Below, piece by piece: positions 44,790 through 54,846 of a stretch of 64,000 bases of DNA. The DNA is from an uncultured bacterium (lineage in GTDB: Bacteria > Bipolaricaulota > Bipolaricaulia > RBG-16-55-9 > DRJF01), in the NCBI GenBank assembly GCA_913053845.1, contig CAJXGD010000002.1:13732-77731 (forward strand), given 5' to 3'. The translations under genes and the position numbers were made by a program. The notes below the pieces were generated by a model. The model had not been told where the DNA came from, did no database searches, and saw only the letters and a program-made list of their open reading frames with translations. Within the stretch, counting starts at the first letter, position 1, and the number at the start of each line of letters is the position of its first letter.

Positions 44790-45994
44790 AGCACTCCTCC
44801 CAATTCGCCGGGCGTACGATCATAGTCGGCATCGCAGGTGGCATTGCCGCCTACAAGGCCGCAGCGCTGGTCAGCCGTCTGCGCCAGGAAGAAGCTCAGG
44901 TTCAGGTGATCATGACCCGCGCCGCGCGGCGCTTCGTCTCCCCACTGACCTTCGCGGCCCTCTCCCATCGTCCGGTGCTGAGCGACCTTTTCCGCGATGA
45001 GCCCTTGGGTCACGTGAACCTGGCCCACCGGGCGGAGCTGATCGTGGTGGCCCCGGCAACCTATGATCTGATCGGCAAAGTGGCCCACGGCCTGGCCGAT
45101 GACTACCTGACGACGACCATCGCAGCCTCTCGGGCTCCAGTGCTCTTCCTGCCGGCGATGGAGTCGCAGATGTATGAGAATCCCATCCTCCAAGCTAACA
45201 AGCGCGCACTAGAAGAGTTGGGTTATCGCTTTTTGGCGCCGGAGCGCGGCCGGCTGGCCAGCGGGCGAGAGGGGCTAGGACGCTTCCCGGAGCGGGAAAC
45301 GATCCTGAAGGCCATCGCAGCGATCTTGCAGGAGAGTGCGCTCTTGACCGGTTGGCAGATCTTGGTGACCGCCGGGCCGACGCGTGAGCGACTCGACCCG
45401 ATGCGTTGCCTGAGCAATCGCTCCTCGGGCCGGATGGGCTATGCGCTGGCGCGGGCGGCTCGGGAGTGGGGGGCAGAAATCCTCTTGATCTCTGGTCCGA
45501 CCACGCTGCAGCCCCCGCCGGGAGTGAGCTTCATTGGGGTGGAAAGTGCTGAAGAGATGAAAGATGCCGTGCTGAAGAATGCTCCAGCCCAAGATGCGAT
45601 CCTCATGGCCGCCGCGGTAGCCGACTGGCGGCCGGCTCGTAGAGAAGCAAAAAAAATCTCCAAATCCGGTCAAGATAAGCTGGTCCTGACCCTGGAGCGC
45701 ACCCCGGATATCTTGCAAGCGCTGGGAGAGAATAAACACCCTGGCCAGTTATTGATCGGCTTCGCCGCCGAGACCGATGAACTGGCGGCCAAGGCACGTG
45801 CCAAGCTGACCGCCAAGCATCTGGACCTCATCGTGGCCAACGAGCTGACCCGTGGGGATGCCGGACCGGAAGCTGAGACGAATATTGCCACCCTGATCTA
45901 CCCGGATGGCAAAGAGGAGAACCTGCCGCTGCAGAGCAAACTGGCGTTGTCACGGGAGATACTGCGGCGGATGCTGGGTCTGCGCTCTGCCTAG
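44786..45994 (+). CDS. coaBC: bifunctional phosphopantothenoylcysteine decarboxylase/phosphopantothenate-cysteine ligase
   Basis: N-terminal flavoprotein domain (IIVGIAGGIAAYKA ... PAMESQMYENP) plus a C-terminal CoaB domain. Confidence 0.9.
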   Translation: MKHSSQFAGRTIIVGIAGGIAAYKAAALVSRLRQEEAQVQVIMTRAARRFVSPLTFAALSHRPVLSDLFRDEPLGHVNLAHRAELIVVAPATYDLIGKVAHGLADDYLTTTIAASRAPVLFLPAMESQMYENPILQANKRALEELGYRFLAPERGRLASGREGLGRFPERETILKAIAAILQESALLTGWQILVTAGPTRERLDPMRCLSNRSSGRMGYALARAAREWGAEILLISGPTTLQPPPGVSFIGVESAEEMKDAVLKNAPAQDAILMAAAVADWRPARREAKKISKSGQDKLVLTLERTPDILQALGENKHPGQLLIGFAAETDELAAKARAKLTAKHLDLIVANELTRGDAGPEAETNIATLIYPDGKEENLPLQSKLALSREILRRMLGLRSA

Positions 45995-46632
45995 ACCAGG
46001 AACGGCAGCAAGAAGAAAAGCAGGATGAACTGCAACAGCAAGAACAAGAACCCTCTGGCCGGCAGAGGCGAGTTGTTTTGAGGCGGCTGCGCGGCGGGTG
46101 CCTCGCTGAGCGAAAAAGTGGTGCTGAAGCTGCCGTCATAGGTGATTTGCCAGGGTTGGGAGATGTCAATGGCTGAGGGCAAGAGTATCACCCCGGCACG
46201 GACCGTGTTGGCCTCGAAGAAACCCGCTTCAAACTTGTCGGCCACTGGGTGAACGCTGTCGGCAGCGATCAGATAACTGAGCGCTCCCTGCTGGAAGGAG
46301 AGCTTGAGAGGGGAGAAGAAGGAGCGCCTGGTGGGCACTACCAAGGTGAGCAGTGCCTTCTGTCCCACGAAGGGGGCGATGGCCGTCTTGAGCTCTGGCT
46401 TCAGTTTGCTCTGCATGACGGCCTGGTTGATATAGACGAAGGCCAGCACGAACTGATCTTGATCTTTGGTCACGAAAAGGGTAGCGATCAGGTTGGGGTT
46501 GATGCCGGTCTTTTGGCTGATCTGTTGCTTGGCTAATTGCTCAAGCGCGTTCTGCGCCGAGCCGTTGAAGCTGACAAGACCCAGTGACAACACCAACGAT
46601 AGAACTATTGCCAACGGTGCTATCCGTCGCAT
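45991..46632 (-). CDS. hypothetical secreted protein with C-terminal hydrophobic anchor
   Basis: Signal peptide MRRIAPLAIVLSLVLSLGLVSF. C-terminal FLFLLLQFILLFFLLPFLV. AGGAGGG ribosome-binding site. Confidence 0.5.
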   Translation of the reverse strand: MRRIAPLAIVLSLVLSLGLVSFNGSAQNALEQLAKQQISQKTGINPNLIATLFVTKDQDQFVLAFVYINQAVMQSKLKPELKTAIAPFVGQKALLTLVVPTRRSFFSPLKLSFQQGALSYLIAADSVHPVADKFEAGFFEANTVRAGVILLPSAIDISQPWQITYDGSFSTTFSLSEAPAAQPPQNNSPLPARGFLFLLLQFILLFFLLPFLV

Positions 46633-46678
46633 CAGATAACCCTCCTTCTCACGGTGCCATTTCTGCCAGTTGCTTGGC

Positions 46679-46771
46679 CTACACCGTACCGCTGCCAGCC
46701 AAGAAGAAGATCAAAGCGCCCAAGAAGACCAACCAAAAGAGGAAAGCGAGCGTCAAGGGACCGATGACCAT
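46679..46771 (-). CDS. small hydrophobic membrane peptide (30 aa), not in the ORF track
   Basis: ATG preceded by a perfect AAGGAGGTG Shine-Dalgarno. MVIGPLTLAFLFWLVFLGALIFFLAGSGTV. Lies 46 nt upstream of the 213-aa secreted protein gene on the same strand. Confidence 0.4.
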   Translation of the reverse strand: MVIGPLTLAFLFWLVFLGALIFFLAGSGTV

Positions 46772-46885
46772 TTAGAGCACCTCCTTTTCCACTTAGAGCT
46801 AGACTATACTATAGCATATTTTCGAGCGAACGACAAGAGCCAGAGTTGTCCAATACGAGATGAGCCTGAAGGCCACCCCTGTTTC

Positions 46886-47911
46886 TCAGGCAAGACGAAC
46901 CTGGGCAGCGGGAGCGCTGGAGGCGGCCCGCAGGGCGCGCGCTGCCTCCTCCGGGGGGACCGGATTAACGTAGAGACCGCTGCTCCATTCCAGGCCGGCC
47001 AGCTTGGTCAGACGGGGCAGCAGCTCCAGGTGCCAATGATAGCTTGCCTCAAGAGCCTGTGGCAGCTCGCCAGGCTCAGCGGGGAGAGGTGCCGTGTGCA
47101 AATAAAAATTATAGGCCCAGCGCCCGGCCCCTAAGAATCCTCGCAATCGGGCCAGGGTGCATTGCAATATTCGGGCAAAGGAGCTGATCTCTGTGCTAGA
47201 GAGCTGGCAGAAATCGTGCCGGTGGACCAGAGGCAGAATCCAGCATTCATAAGGGAGCCGCGCAGCATACGGGGACCAAACCAAAAAATGTTCATCTGAT
47301 TCGATGACGCGCTCCCCTGAGCCGAGCTCCCGCTCGATAGTCTGGCAATAGAGACAGCGACCGCCTTCGGCATAGGACCGTTGAGCGATCTCTGTCTCAG
47401 CTTCGATCAGCGGGGGCAACCAAGGCAGGCCGATCAGTTGGGCGTGCGCATGGGCTCGTGAGGCTCCCGCGGCCCGGCCCTGGTTCTTGAAGAGTGACAG
47501 GTAGCGCAGGGTCTTGTGCTGTGCCAAGGCCCTCATCCGTTGCTGATAGGTAAAGATCACTTGCTCCGCCTGCTGCGGCGGCAGATCGGGGAGGTCGAAC
47601 CGGTGCTGAGGCGTCTCGATGATCAGCTCGTGAGGTTCGACTATGGGGTATTTGTTGGGGATGACCCGTATTTGCCAGCCGGGACTGTCCGGCGCTCCCG
47701 CCCGCAGGGCCCATAATTCCGCCGGGGTCTCCGCTTCGTGACCTGGGCAGAAGGGGCAGGCAGCCTCATCCTGCGGCGTGGCTACCTGCGGCCAATCTGA
47801 GGGTCTTTGCGCCCTTCCGGCCACGAACAGGACGCGACGCCCGCTGAAGATGTCGGTTTTTACTTCGGTCATGCTCCTCCTTGGGGGGTAAGGCCTGTCT
47901 TGGGCAGCCAC
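46886..47911 (-). CDS. galactose-1-phosphate uridylyltransferase family protein (GalT-like, HIT superfamily)
   Basis: CPFCPGHE zinc motif and the histidine active-site region HAHAQL of GalT-type nucleotidyl transferases. Confidence 0.75.
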   Translation of the reverse strand: MAAQDRPYPPRRSMTEVKTDIFSGRRVLFVAGRAQRPSDWPQVATPQDEAACPFCPGHEAETPAELWALRAGAPDSPGWQIRVIPNKYPIVEPHELIIETPQHRFDLPDLPPQQAEQVIFTYQQRMRALAQHKTLRYLSLFKNQGRAAGASRAHAHAQLIGLPWLPPLIEAETEIAQRSYAEGGRCLYCQTIERELGSGERVIESDEHFLVWSPYAARLPYECWILPLVHRHDFCQLSSTEISSFARILQCTLARLRGFLGAGRWAYNFYLHTAPLPAEPGELPQALEASYHWHLELLPRLTKLAGLEWSSGLYVNPVPPEEAARALRAASSAPAAQVRLA

Positions 47912-47923
47912 AGAGGGCTGCCC

Positions 47924-48565
47924 CTACTTGACTCGCAACTCGACGCTGCCGAAGTCAGCCGGGATCACCAGATCGGCCAGCTCTAGGTGCCGGGAGATAA
48001 TCCGATGTTCTCGCTCCAGGACCTCTTGGAGGAAGGAATCAAAGCGATCCCGGGCGCGACGCCGGCGGTCGGCCTGGGTCTGGCGATAGTCACGGGCGAT
48101 GAAGATGTGAAAGTCGGCAAATTGCAGCCGGGTAGTATAGGTCCCCTCAGCGATGAGCACCTGCCAACTGTGGGTGTCCAGCTCCTCGGTGGTGATCCGG
48201 TCTTCGTCGTAGATCACCAGCGGCTTGAATATCGGGTTCTCATCGCGCTTGAAGGAGCGCAGATTGGCATCCAGAAAATCCAGTTTGACCTCGTAGGTGC
48301 CGACCTGCTCCAGATTTCTACGACGCATCTCATGATTGGTCTGGGGGGGAAAGACGAAATAATCGTCCTGTTGCACTATGCCCGTCTGCGCTCCCGCTGC
48401 GAAGAGCAATCGGGCGAGCTCGGCGGCCAGCTCGGACTTGCCCGAGCCGGATTCGCCTCCTACGGTGATGACGTATTTGTCCTGAAGACGGCTGGTCAAC
48501 AGCCGGCAGATCTCAGCGGCGCGCGCGGTATGATAAGGCTCGATCAACAGCTTATCCCCGATCAT
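47924..48565 (-). CDS. P-loop kinase of the uridine kinase/phosphoribulokinase/glycerate-3-kinase family
   Basis: VITVGGESGSGKSELAAELARLL Walker A motif. ~210 aa. Substrate cannot be assigned from sequence. Confidence 0.6.
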   Translation of the reverse strand: MIGDKLLIEPYHTARAAEICRLLTSRLQDKYVITVGGESGSGKSELAAELARLLFAAGAQTGIVQQDDYFVFPPQTNHEMRRRNLEQVGTYEVKLDFLDANLRSFKRDENPIFKPLVIYDEDRITTEELDTHSWQVLIAEGTYTTRLQFADFHIFIARDYRQTQADRRRRARDRFDSFLQEVLEREHRIISRHLELADLVIPADFGSVELRVK

Positions 48566-50106
48566 CTGCTCCTCCGGTCTGGTATAGTTTCATATGAGTC
48601 ATCCGGGCCGAAGTACAACGCCGCCAACTCCTCCAGCGCGATATCATTGTCCGGGGTAGGCTGGGTGAAATAATCTGGAATCGGCAGCCCCCCAGGCGCC
48701 GCAGGCGACTGGGGGGCGCGCAGCTCCGTGAGCAGGCTCATATACCCCTTGGCGGTGCTCTCCCAAGTATAGCGGTTGGCTACCCGCTCGATCCCGGCTT
48801 GGCGATAGCGCTGCCATTTCGCCGGAGAGCTGAGCAGCACGAGCAGGGCGCGGGCTATCTCCGAGGGATCGGTCGGGTCCACCAGCAGGCCATACTCGCC
48901 TCCGGTCCGCCGGTCAGAGAGGCTCTCTGCCGGACCTCCGTTGCGGGTGACCACCGCGGGCAGGCCACAGCTCATCGCCTCGAGTGGAGCCAGGCCAAAG
49001 GGCTCATAGAGCGCGGTCAAGGCGAAGACCGAGCGCCGGCGGGCGGCCAGACGATAGGCCGCAGCCAGCTCGGCCTGGTCATTCAACGGGAAGGAGGTGA
49101 CCACCGGCCACAGAGCGTGTTCGTCCAACAGGGCGGCGATCTCAGCTAAGATAACACCTGCCTCACCCTCGAACTGGGATCGCTCTCTTAGAGGGTTCTC
49201 CGCACCCCGCACGGCGACCGCCAAGTTGGCCGTGGCCCGCAGCTTCTCGTTCTGGGCAAACGCTTTGACCAACCCCAGATGATTCTTCTTGCGGTCCAGC
49301 CGACTGGAGCAGATCACCCAGGGCAGCTCCCGTCGCTCCGGTGCCAAATCGCGCGTCAGCGCCGCTTCGATGCGCCGCCGGAGCAGCGCATCCAGTTCGT
49401 GGGGTTCAGTGGAAAAGACCCGGCGATTGACGCCGGGAGGGATGACCGCCCAGCGCGGGCCACTCCGGCTCCGCGAGCGCAGCGCCCCGTGATAGGCCCG
49501 ATGGCCATACTGATCCTGCTGCTCTTGGTGGGTGCTGGTGATCAGGCCGGCCGCGTGGCTCATGGCCACCCGCTCGGCCATCAGGCGACGGGCGAAGTGA
49601 AAGCGTTGGTCCATAGCAGCCAGGTTCTCCCGGTTGACCTGAAGTTTGTCCATCTTCTGCGCTCCCAGCGAATGGGCGGTCCAGGTGAAGGGGAGGCCCG
49701 TCTCTCGCTGCAGCAGGGCCGCAGTCAGTCCGCCGTCGGCGTAGTGGGCTGTGACCACGTCCGGGGAACTGCCCCCCTGCTGATAGAAATCCAGGATGCC
49801 CCTTAGCCAATCGGTTCCTAGATAGGGCCAAAGCGCTTCCTTGGGCAAGAACCCCGGTGGACCGCAGGGGATGCGCACGATCCGCACCCGCGGATGGCCC
49901 GGATAGGCATCCAGTGGAGCAGAGAATTCCGGCCAAGCGGGATCACTAATCTGGCGGGTGACGATGTCAACCCGATGGCCCAGCTCCGCCAACGCCAACG
50001 CCGTCTCCTTCACGTAAACCAACTGGCCGCCAAAGTCGGGATGCTCGGTCCAATAGCTATCCTGAGGGTCGAAATTCCCTTGAGGATTGAGGAAGATAAT
50101 CTGCAT
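48562..50106 (-). CDS. GT4 glycosyltransferase, sucrose-phosphate-synthase-like (glycosyltransferase domain only)
   Basis: N-terminal IIFLNPQGNF...HPDFGGQLVYVKETALALAELGHRVDIVTR is characteristic of SPS/sucrose synthase GT-B enzymes. No phosphatase domain. Confidence 0.75.
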   Translation of the reverse strand: MQIIFLNPQGNFDPQDSYWTEHPDFGGQLVYVKETALALAELGHRVDIVTRQISDPAWPEFSAPLDAYPGHPRVRIVRIPCGPPGFLPKEALWPYLGTDWLRGILDFYQQGGSSPDVVTAHYADGGLTAALLQRETGLPFTWTAHSLGAQKMDKLQVNRENLAAMDQRFHFARRLMAERVAMSHAAGLITSTHQEQQDQYGHRAYHGALRSRSRSGPRWAVIPPGVNRRVFSTEPHELDALLRRRIEAALTRDLAPERRELPWVICSSRLDRKKNHLGLVKAFAQNEKLRATANLAVAVRGAENPLRERSQFEGEAGVILAEIAALLDEHALWPVVTSFPLNDQAELAAAYRLAARRRSVFALTALYEPFGLAPLEAMSCGLPAVVTRNGGPAESLSDRRTGGEYGLLVDPTDPSEIARALLVLLSSPAKWQRYRQAGIERVANRYTWESTAKGYMSLLTELRAPQSPAAPGGLPIPDYFTQPTPDNDIALEELAALYFGPDDSYETIPDRRSR

Positions 50107-50112
50107 GGCCCG

Positions 50113-50973
50113 CTACCCCTTGATTGACCCGGCCAAGATGCCGCGCACGAAGTAGCGCTGTAACGATAAGAAGACGATCAGCGGCACGATCATGGAGATG
50201 AAGGCTGCAGCGGTAAGCAATTGCCAGTCCTCGCCGTAGGAGCCGATGAGGTTGGAGATGGTCAAGGTGAGCGGGGCCACCCGTGGACTTCCTCCGACGT
50301 AGATGAGGGCCACGATCAAGTCATTCCAGACCCACAAAAACTGGAAGATGGTCATCGCGGCGATGGCCGGCACCGATAGGGGCAGCACCAAGCGGGTGAA
50401 GGCGGCGAAGTGAGAGGCCCCATCGAGGAAGGCTGACTCGAAGAGCTCCTGGGGCAATCCCCCCATAAAATTCCTCAGCATGTAGATGAGCAAGGGCAGC
50501 CCGTAACCTGTGTGGGCCAGCCACAGTCCCCAATAGGTCCCACTGAAGTGCAATTTAGCGTAGATCTGGAGCACCGGAATGAAGGTCATCTGGAGCGGGA
50601 CGACGATCAGGCCGACCACGAGCAAGAAGAGTAGATTACGACCGCGAAACTTCATCCAGGCGAAGGCATAGGCGGCAAAAGAGGCGAGTATAACGGGAAT
50701 GATCGTGGCCGGGATGGTGATCTTCAGGCTATTCAAGAAGGACCGCCATATCCCAGTGTTGATCAATACTTTCTGATAGTTCTCGATCGTGTACTGGGTG
50801 AGGTTGAAGGGGTGTGCAAAGACGGTCCACCAACCGGAGTGGATGATATTTGCCTCAGGGCGAAAGGAGCTGATTAAGAGCCCCACCGTAGGCAGTAGCC
50901 ACAAGAAGCCGATGAGGATGATCACGAGGTGCAGAGGACCCCTCTCTAAGGTTCGCAGCAGTTTGGCAATCAT
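50113..50973 (-). CDS. carbohydrate ABC transporter permease (MalG-like)
   Basis: 6 TM helices with the EAA-like loop (ESAFLDGAS...) of binding-protein-dependent permeases. Confidence 0.85.
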   Translation of the reverse strand: MIAKLLRTLERGPLHLVIILIGFLWLLPTVGLLISSFRPEANIIHSGWWTVFAHPFNLTQYTIENYQKVLINTGIWRSFLNSLKITIPATIIPVILASFAAYAFAWMKFRGRNLLFLLVVGLIVVPLQMTFIPVLQIYAKLHFSGTYWGLWLAHTGYGLPLLIYMLRNFMGGLPQELFESAFLDGASHFAAFTRLVLPLSVPAIAAMTIFQFLWVWNDLIVALIYVGGSPRVAPLTLTISNLIGSYGEDWQLLTAAAFISMIVPLIVFLSLQRYFVRGILAGSIKG

Positions 50974-52244
50974 CGGACCGCCTCCTGTGCACGCAGTTGG
51001 CGGATGTTAATCACAATGAAGGGTATGATCAAGAGCAGCAAGATGACTGCAATGGCGCTGGCTCTGCCGAAATCGAAGAACTGGTACATCGTTTTGACCA
51101 TGAGGTTGGCAATCACCTCGGTGTCATAATTGCCGTTGGTCATCACATAGACGATGTCGAAGATCTTCAGGACGAAGATGATGATCGTGGTGGTCACCAC
51201 CGCGATGGTGGGTTTCATAAACGGGATGGTGATACTCCAGAAGACCTGCCATTCATTAGCCCCATCGATGCGCGCGGCGTCCAAGAGCTCACGAGGAATC
51301 CCCTTATAGGCGGCAGAGAGGAGGACCATGCAAAAGCCGGTCCAAACCCAGATGCCGGTGACGATCAGGGCCAGATTGTTGGCCCAAGGCCGATTGATCA
51401 GCCAAGCTTCCGGCTGGAAGCCCGCCTGACTCAGGATAAAGCGGAGCAACAAGGCGATGAGCAAGACCGGCAGCAACGGTGGCCCCCAGAGGTGATCGCG
51501 CAGGGCCACCAGCAGGAGTAACCCTCCACCAAGACCAACCAGTAACTGCCAAGGGGCAAAAGGAATAAACAGGTACGTCCAACTACCCGGCTTCGCTGCC
51601 CCGATGCCTTGGGCGAGATAGGCCGCGGCCAGCAGGGCCAAGCCGGCCACGATGCTCACCCCCACGAAGTCTAGGCGATGTCCCTCATGCCAGCCGCGAA
51701 TGGCCTCCCAACTGCCGCGCGTCAGACCGATCAGGAAGAGGAGCAAGCCCACGGCGGCCAGCAGGGCCAGCAGCACCTGGAGCGGACGCTGCACCGGCGG
51801 CTGAGCGACGAACCGGCCCATATTGACCAACAAGGCGTTCAGCAGGCCAATTTGGGGGAATCCTGGCGGGCGATAGGCGTAGACAAACCTCCAGATGACC
51901 GAGGCAGCGGTGTAGGAGATGGCCATGGGCAGGAAGATGACCGATTTGGCCGTCGCCTCATAGCGCACCCGGTCGAACAACACTGCCAGCAGCAACCCGA
52001 AGCCGACCGCAACCGAGGTCATGAGGACGATCCATAAGAGGTTATTGCGCAGGGCGATGAGCACGGACTGGTCGTTGAATGCCCTATTGTAGTTGAGGAA
52101 CCCGACGAAGTTTTTGGGATAGATCCCCGAGAAACTAAAGAAACTTTGGTAAATCGTGACCAGTGTAGGATAGATGAGAAAGAAAGTCACTATGATCAAA
52201 GCAGGTGCTAGATATAGCCACTGTTCCCCACCTCGATGCTTCAT
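50970..52244 (-). CDS. carbohydrate ABC transporter permease (MalF-like, extended)
   Basis: Polytopic. EAA loop (DAARIDGANEWQVFWSITIP). Confidence 0.85.
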   Translation of the reverse strand: MKHRGGEQWLYLAPALIIVTFFLIYPTLVTIYQSFFSFSGIYPKNFVGFLNYNRAFNDQSVLIALRNNLLWIVLMTSVAVGFGLLLAVLFDRVRYEATAKSVIFLPMAISYTAASVIWRFVYAYRPPGFPQIGLLNALLVNMGRFVAQPPVQRPLQVLLALLAAVGLLLFLIGLTRGSWEAIRGWHEGHRLDFVGVSIVAGLALLAAAYLAQGIGAAKPGSWTYLFIPFAPWQLLVGLGGGLLLLVALRDHLWGPPLLPVLLIALLLRFILSQAGFQPEAWLINRPWANNLALIVTGIWVWTGFCMVLLSAAYKGIPRELLDAARIDGANEWQVFWSITIPFMKPTIAVVTTTIIIFVLKIFDIVYVMTNGNYDTEVIANLMVKTMYQFFDFGRASAIAVILLLLIIPFIVINIRQLRAQEAVR

Positions 52245-52323
52245 GACTCAATCCTGCTTTGCTGTCCCAAAGTTAAGAATAGAGAGGGGCGAGGCCCGAT
52301 GACGACCTCGCCCCCGGCGTATC

Positions 52324-53670
52324 TTACTTACAGTTGCCTACCGGTCCGGTCGCTGCCCCCGACTTGTAGGCGCTATCGGCGGACGCCTCCAAGTTACAGA
52401 GGATGGTCGTTAGTGGTTTGCTGCCCTGGACGAAGTCGAGCACCGCGCTCCAGAAGGATCCGGAACCGACGGCGGCCGGCATCAGATCAGAGCCGTCGAA
52501 GCGGAAGACCTCAGCACTGGAGAGGATTTTCGCGGCCTTAGCAGTGACAGGATCGGGATAGGCGCTGGCAGGGACGTCCTTATTGACCGCCAGCCGACCG
52601 GGGTTCACCTTGGCCCACAGTTCTTGGGCTTCGACCGAGGCGAAGTATTCGATCAGTTGGTGCATCTCAGGCGAGTCCTTGAAAGCGACGAACACGTCTC
52701 CGCCTCCCTCCAGGGGCGCTGGGCCGCTATTAAAAGAAGGGAAGGGGAAGATATTGAAGTCCTTACCGGCCACCAGCTTGGGGTGTGCTTTCAGGATGAA
52801 GCTCAAGATGAAGGTGGCCTGGCGGTGCATCATGCACTCCGGTGGGGTGGTGTTCAGACCGGCCACCGAGTCACCAAAGTTGGTAGACAAGATGCCCTTG
52901 CGACCACCGAAGGCCATGCCATCGTTGGCAAAGAGGCCGAAGAGTTGGAAGACCTCCCGCACGCGAGGGTCGGTCCAGGGGATGTCGTGGGCTACCCATT
53001 GATCGTACACCTTAGGCCCTGCCGAGCGGAGCATGAAGTCTTCCATCCAGTCGGTGCCCGGCCAACCGCTGGCCGCACCGCTTTCCAGACCGATGCACCA
53101 AGGCGTGTTGCCGTCTTTGACCATTTGGTCTTGCAGTTGCAGCAGCTCACCAAAGGTTGAGGGGATTGTATACCCAAACTTAGCAAACTCCTTTGGGTCA
53201 TACCAGACCAGGCTCTTGAGGCTGGCGACGGGGAAGATCCCGTAGAGCGTGCCATTCAAGGTGCCCAGATCGATGAAGGCCTTGGGCTGCTCTTTGAAGA
53301 CAGCGGTCTGTTTGAACCAATCTAGGGAGACGAGGTTGCCCGCCTGGGCAAACGTATCCAACAGGCCTGGGTTGGGCAGGTTGGCCAGGTCCGGCGGGTT
53401 GCCTGAGGCCACGCGAGCGCCCAGCACGGTAGCCATGTTGCGGCTGACCGGCTCGACGTTGACCTTTATGCCGGTCTTCTGCGTGAAGGCATCCACGACT
53501 TTCTGAAACGCAGTGAGTTCTTGACCCGCAAAGCTGGTCACGAAGTCTAAGGTGCGCCCCTGGGCAGCCATGGCTGTAGCGGCCGTAGCTGCATTGGACG
53601 AGGTCAAGGTGAACATCGCCACCAGGGCGAACCCGGTGATGAGCAGTAGCGTCAAGCTTCGCTTCAACAT
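52324..53670 (-). CDS. extracellular solute-binding protein (family 1) for a sugar ABC importer
   Basis: Signal/anchor plus the SBP-1 fold pattern. First gene of the operon, downstream of the LacI regulator. Confidence 0.85.
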   Translation of the reverse strand: MLKRSLTLLLITGFALVAMFTLTSSNAATAATAMAAQGRTLDFVTSFAGQELTAFQKVVDAFTQKTGIKVNVEPVSRNMATVLGARVASGNPPDLANLPNPGLLDTFAQAGNLVSLDWFKQTAVFKEQPKAFIDLGTLNGTLYGIFPVASLKSLVWYDPKEFAKFGYTIPSTFGELLQLQDQMVKDGNTPWCIGLESGAASGWPGTDWMEDFMLRSAGPKVYDQWVAHDIPWTDPRVREVFQLFGLFANDGMAFGGRKGILSTNFGDSVAGLNTTPPECMMHRQATFILSFILKAHPKLVAGKDFNIFPFPSFNSGPAPLEGGGDVFVAFKDSPEMHQLIEYFASVEAQELWAKVNPGRLAVNKDVPASAYPDPVTAKAAKILSSAEVFRFDGSDLMPAAVGSGSFWSAVLDFVQGSKPLTTILCNLEASADSAYKSGAATGPVGNCK

Positions 53671-53820
53671 GAGAATATCCCTCCTACGAGATCTGTTTTA
53701 CGGGTGTACAGCCGGCCTTAGCAGACCGTGAGCGCTGTGATTTCATCTCCCACCCCCCTTGATGGTTGCCTCGTTGTGGGGCAACGACTGCGCTTCGCGC
53801 CGCGCTGGGCGCCAAACGGG

Positions 53821-54846
53821 TCATTTGCTTCCCAGCTTCAGAGTTCCACAGGATTCTCGCACGATGAGCTGGGTAGAGAATTTGATTTGCAGGGCCGGTT
53901 GGTCCGGCTCCTCGATGCGCCGGAGCAACCTCCGAGCGGCTACCCGACCCATCTCCTCCCGAAACACCCGCATCGTAGTCAGGCGGGGATCGGTATGTCG
54001 AGCGATGAAGCTATCATCGAAGCCCACAATAGCGACGTCTTCAGGAACTCGGAGGCCGGCTTTCCTAATGACTCGCATCGCCCCGGCGGCCGCCGTGTCA
54101 TTGGCGGCGAATACCGCTGTGGGGACGGTTCTCGCCAGCAAGCGCTGCATGGCGATCTGGCCATAGGTGGTGATATCTTTTTGTCGGTCGCTGGGGTCCC
54201 TCAAGCCTTGGGCCACCAATGCTTGGCTCCAGTCTAGGCCATAGGCTTTCAGGGCCCGCCGGTAGCCCTCAAACCGTTCGGAGAAGCTCAGGTCATCCAG
54301 CCGCTCGGCGATAAACCCGATGGCCCTGTGTCCCAACTCCGCCAGGTGGGCGACCGCTTCGTAAGCGCTGTTAACGTTGTCAATGGTGACGCTGTCCACC
54401 TTGTCGAGGTCGAGGTGATTGTCCACCAAAACCAGGGGAACCCCTTGGCGCTTGAGCGACAGAATGGAGCTCTGCTTGAGATCACAGCCGGCCAGGATGA
54501 GGCCGTCCACTCGCTTAGCCTTGGGGAGCGCCTCAGTGTCGTTGGTGGAAAAGACCAACTGATAGCCCTGTTGCTGGCTGACCGTTTCTACTCCCTCTAG
54601 AATCTCGAGATAGAAGGCATCCGGCCTGAGCAGTTGTTGAGGGTTAACCAGAAAGCCGAGGCTTTCTGTTCGGTTGCGCGCCAAGCCGCGGGCGGTGGCA
54701 TTGGGAATATAACCCAGGCGTTTGACAGTTGCTAGAATAGCGCTACGGGTACGCTCGCTGACCCCATCCTTGCTGTTGAGCGCCCGGGAGACGGTCGAAG
54801 GGTCAACTCCCACCTGTGCGGCGACGTCCTTCAGGGTAATGTCCAT
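53821..54846 (-). CDS. LacI family transcriptional regulator
   Basis: N-terminal HTH ITLKDVAAQVGVDPSTVSRALN plus a periplasmic-binding-protein-like sugar-binding domain. Confidence 0.85.
   Translation of the reverse strand: MDITLKDVAAQVGVDPSTVSRALNSKDGVSERTRSAILATVKRLGYIPNATARGLARNRTESLGFLVNPQQLLRPDAFYLEILEGVETVSQQQGYQLVFSTNDTEALPKAKRVDGLILAGCDLKQSSILSLKRQGVPLVLVDNHLDLDKVDSVTIDNVNSAYEAVAHLAELGHRAIGFIAERLDDLSFSERFEGYRRALKAYGLDWSQALVAQGLRDPSDRQKDITTYGQIAMQRLLARTVPTAVFAANDTAAAGAMRVIRKAGLRVPEDVAIVGFDDSFIARHTDPRLTTMRVFREEMGRVAARRLLRRIEEPDQPALQIKFSTQLIVRESCGTLKLGSK

Noticed and set aside
44501-45193. 230-aa minus ORF
   Set aside because: It overlaps the coaBC flavoprotein domain on the opposite strand. 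No support.
49279-49936. Several 150-180-aa ORFs in both strands
   Set aside because: All lie inside the GT4 glycosyltransferase gene, whose reading is supported by its SPS-type N-terminus and by translational coupling to its neighbours.
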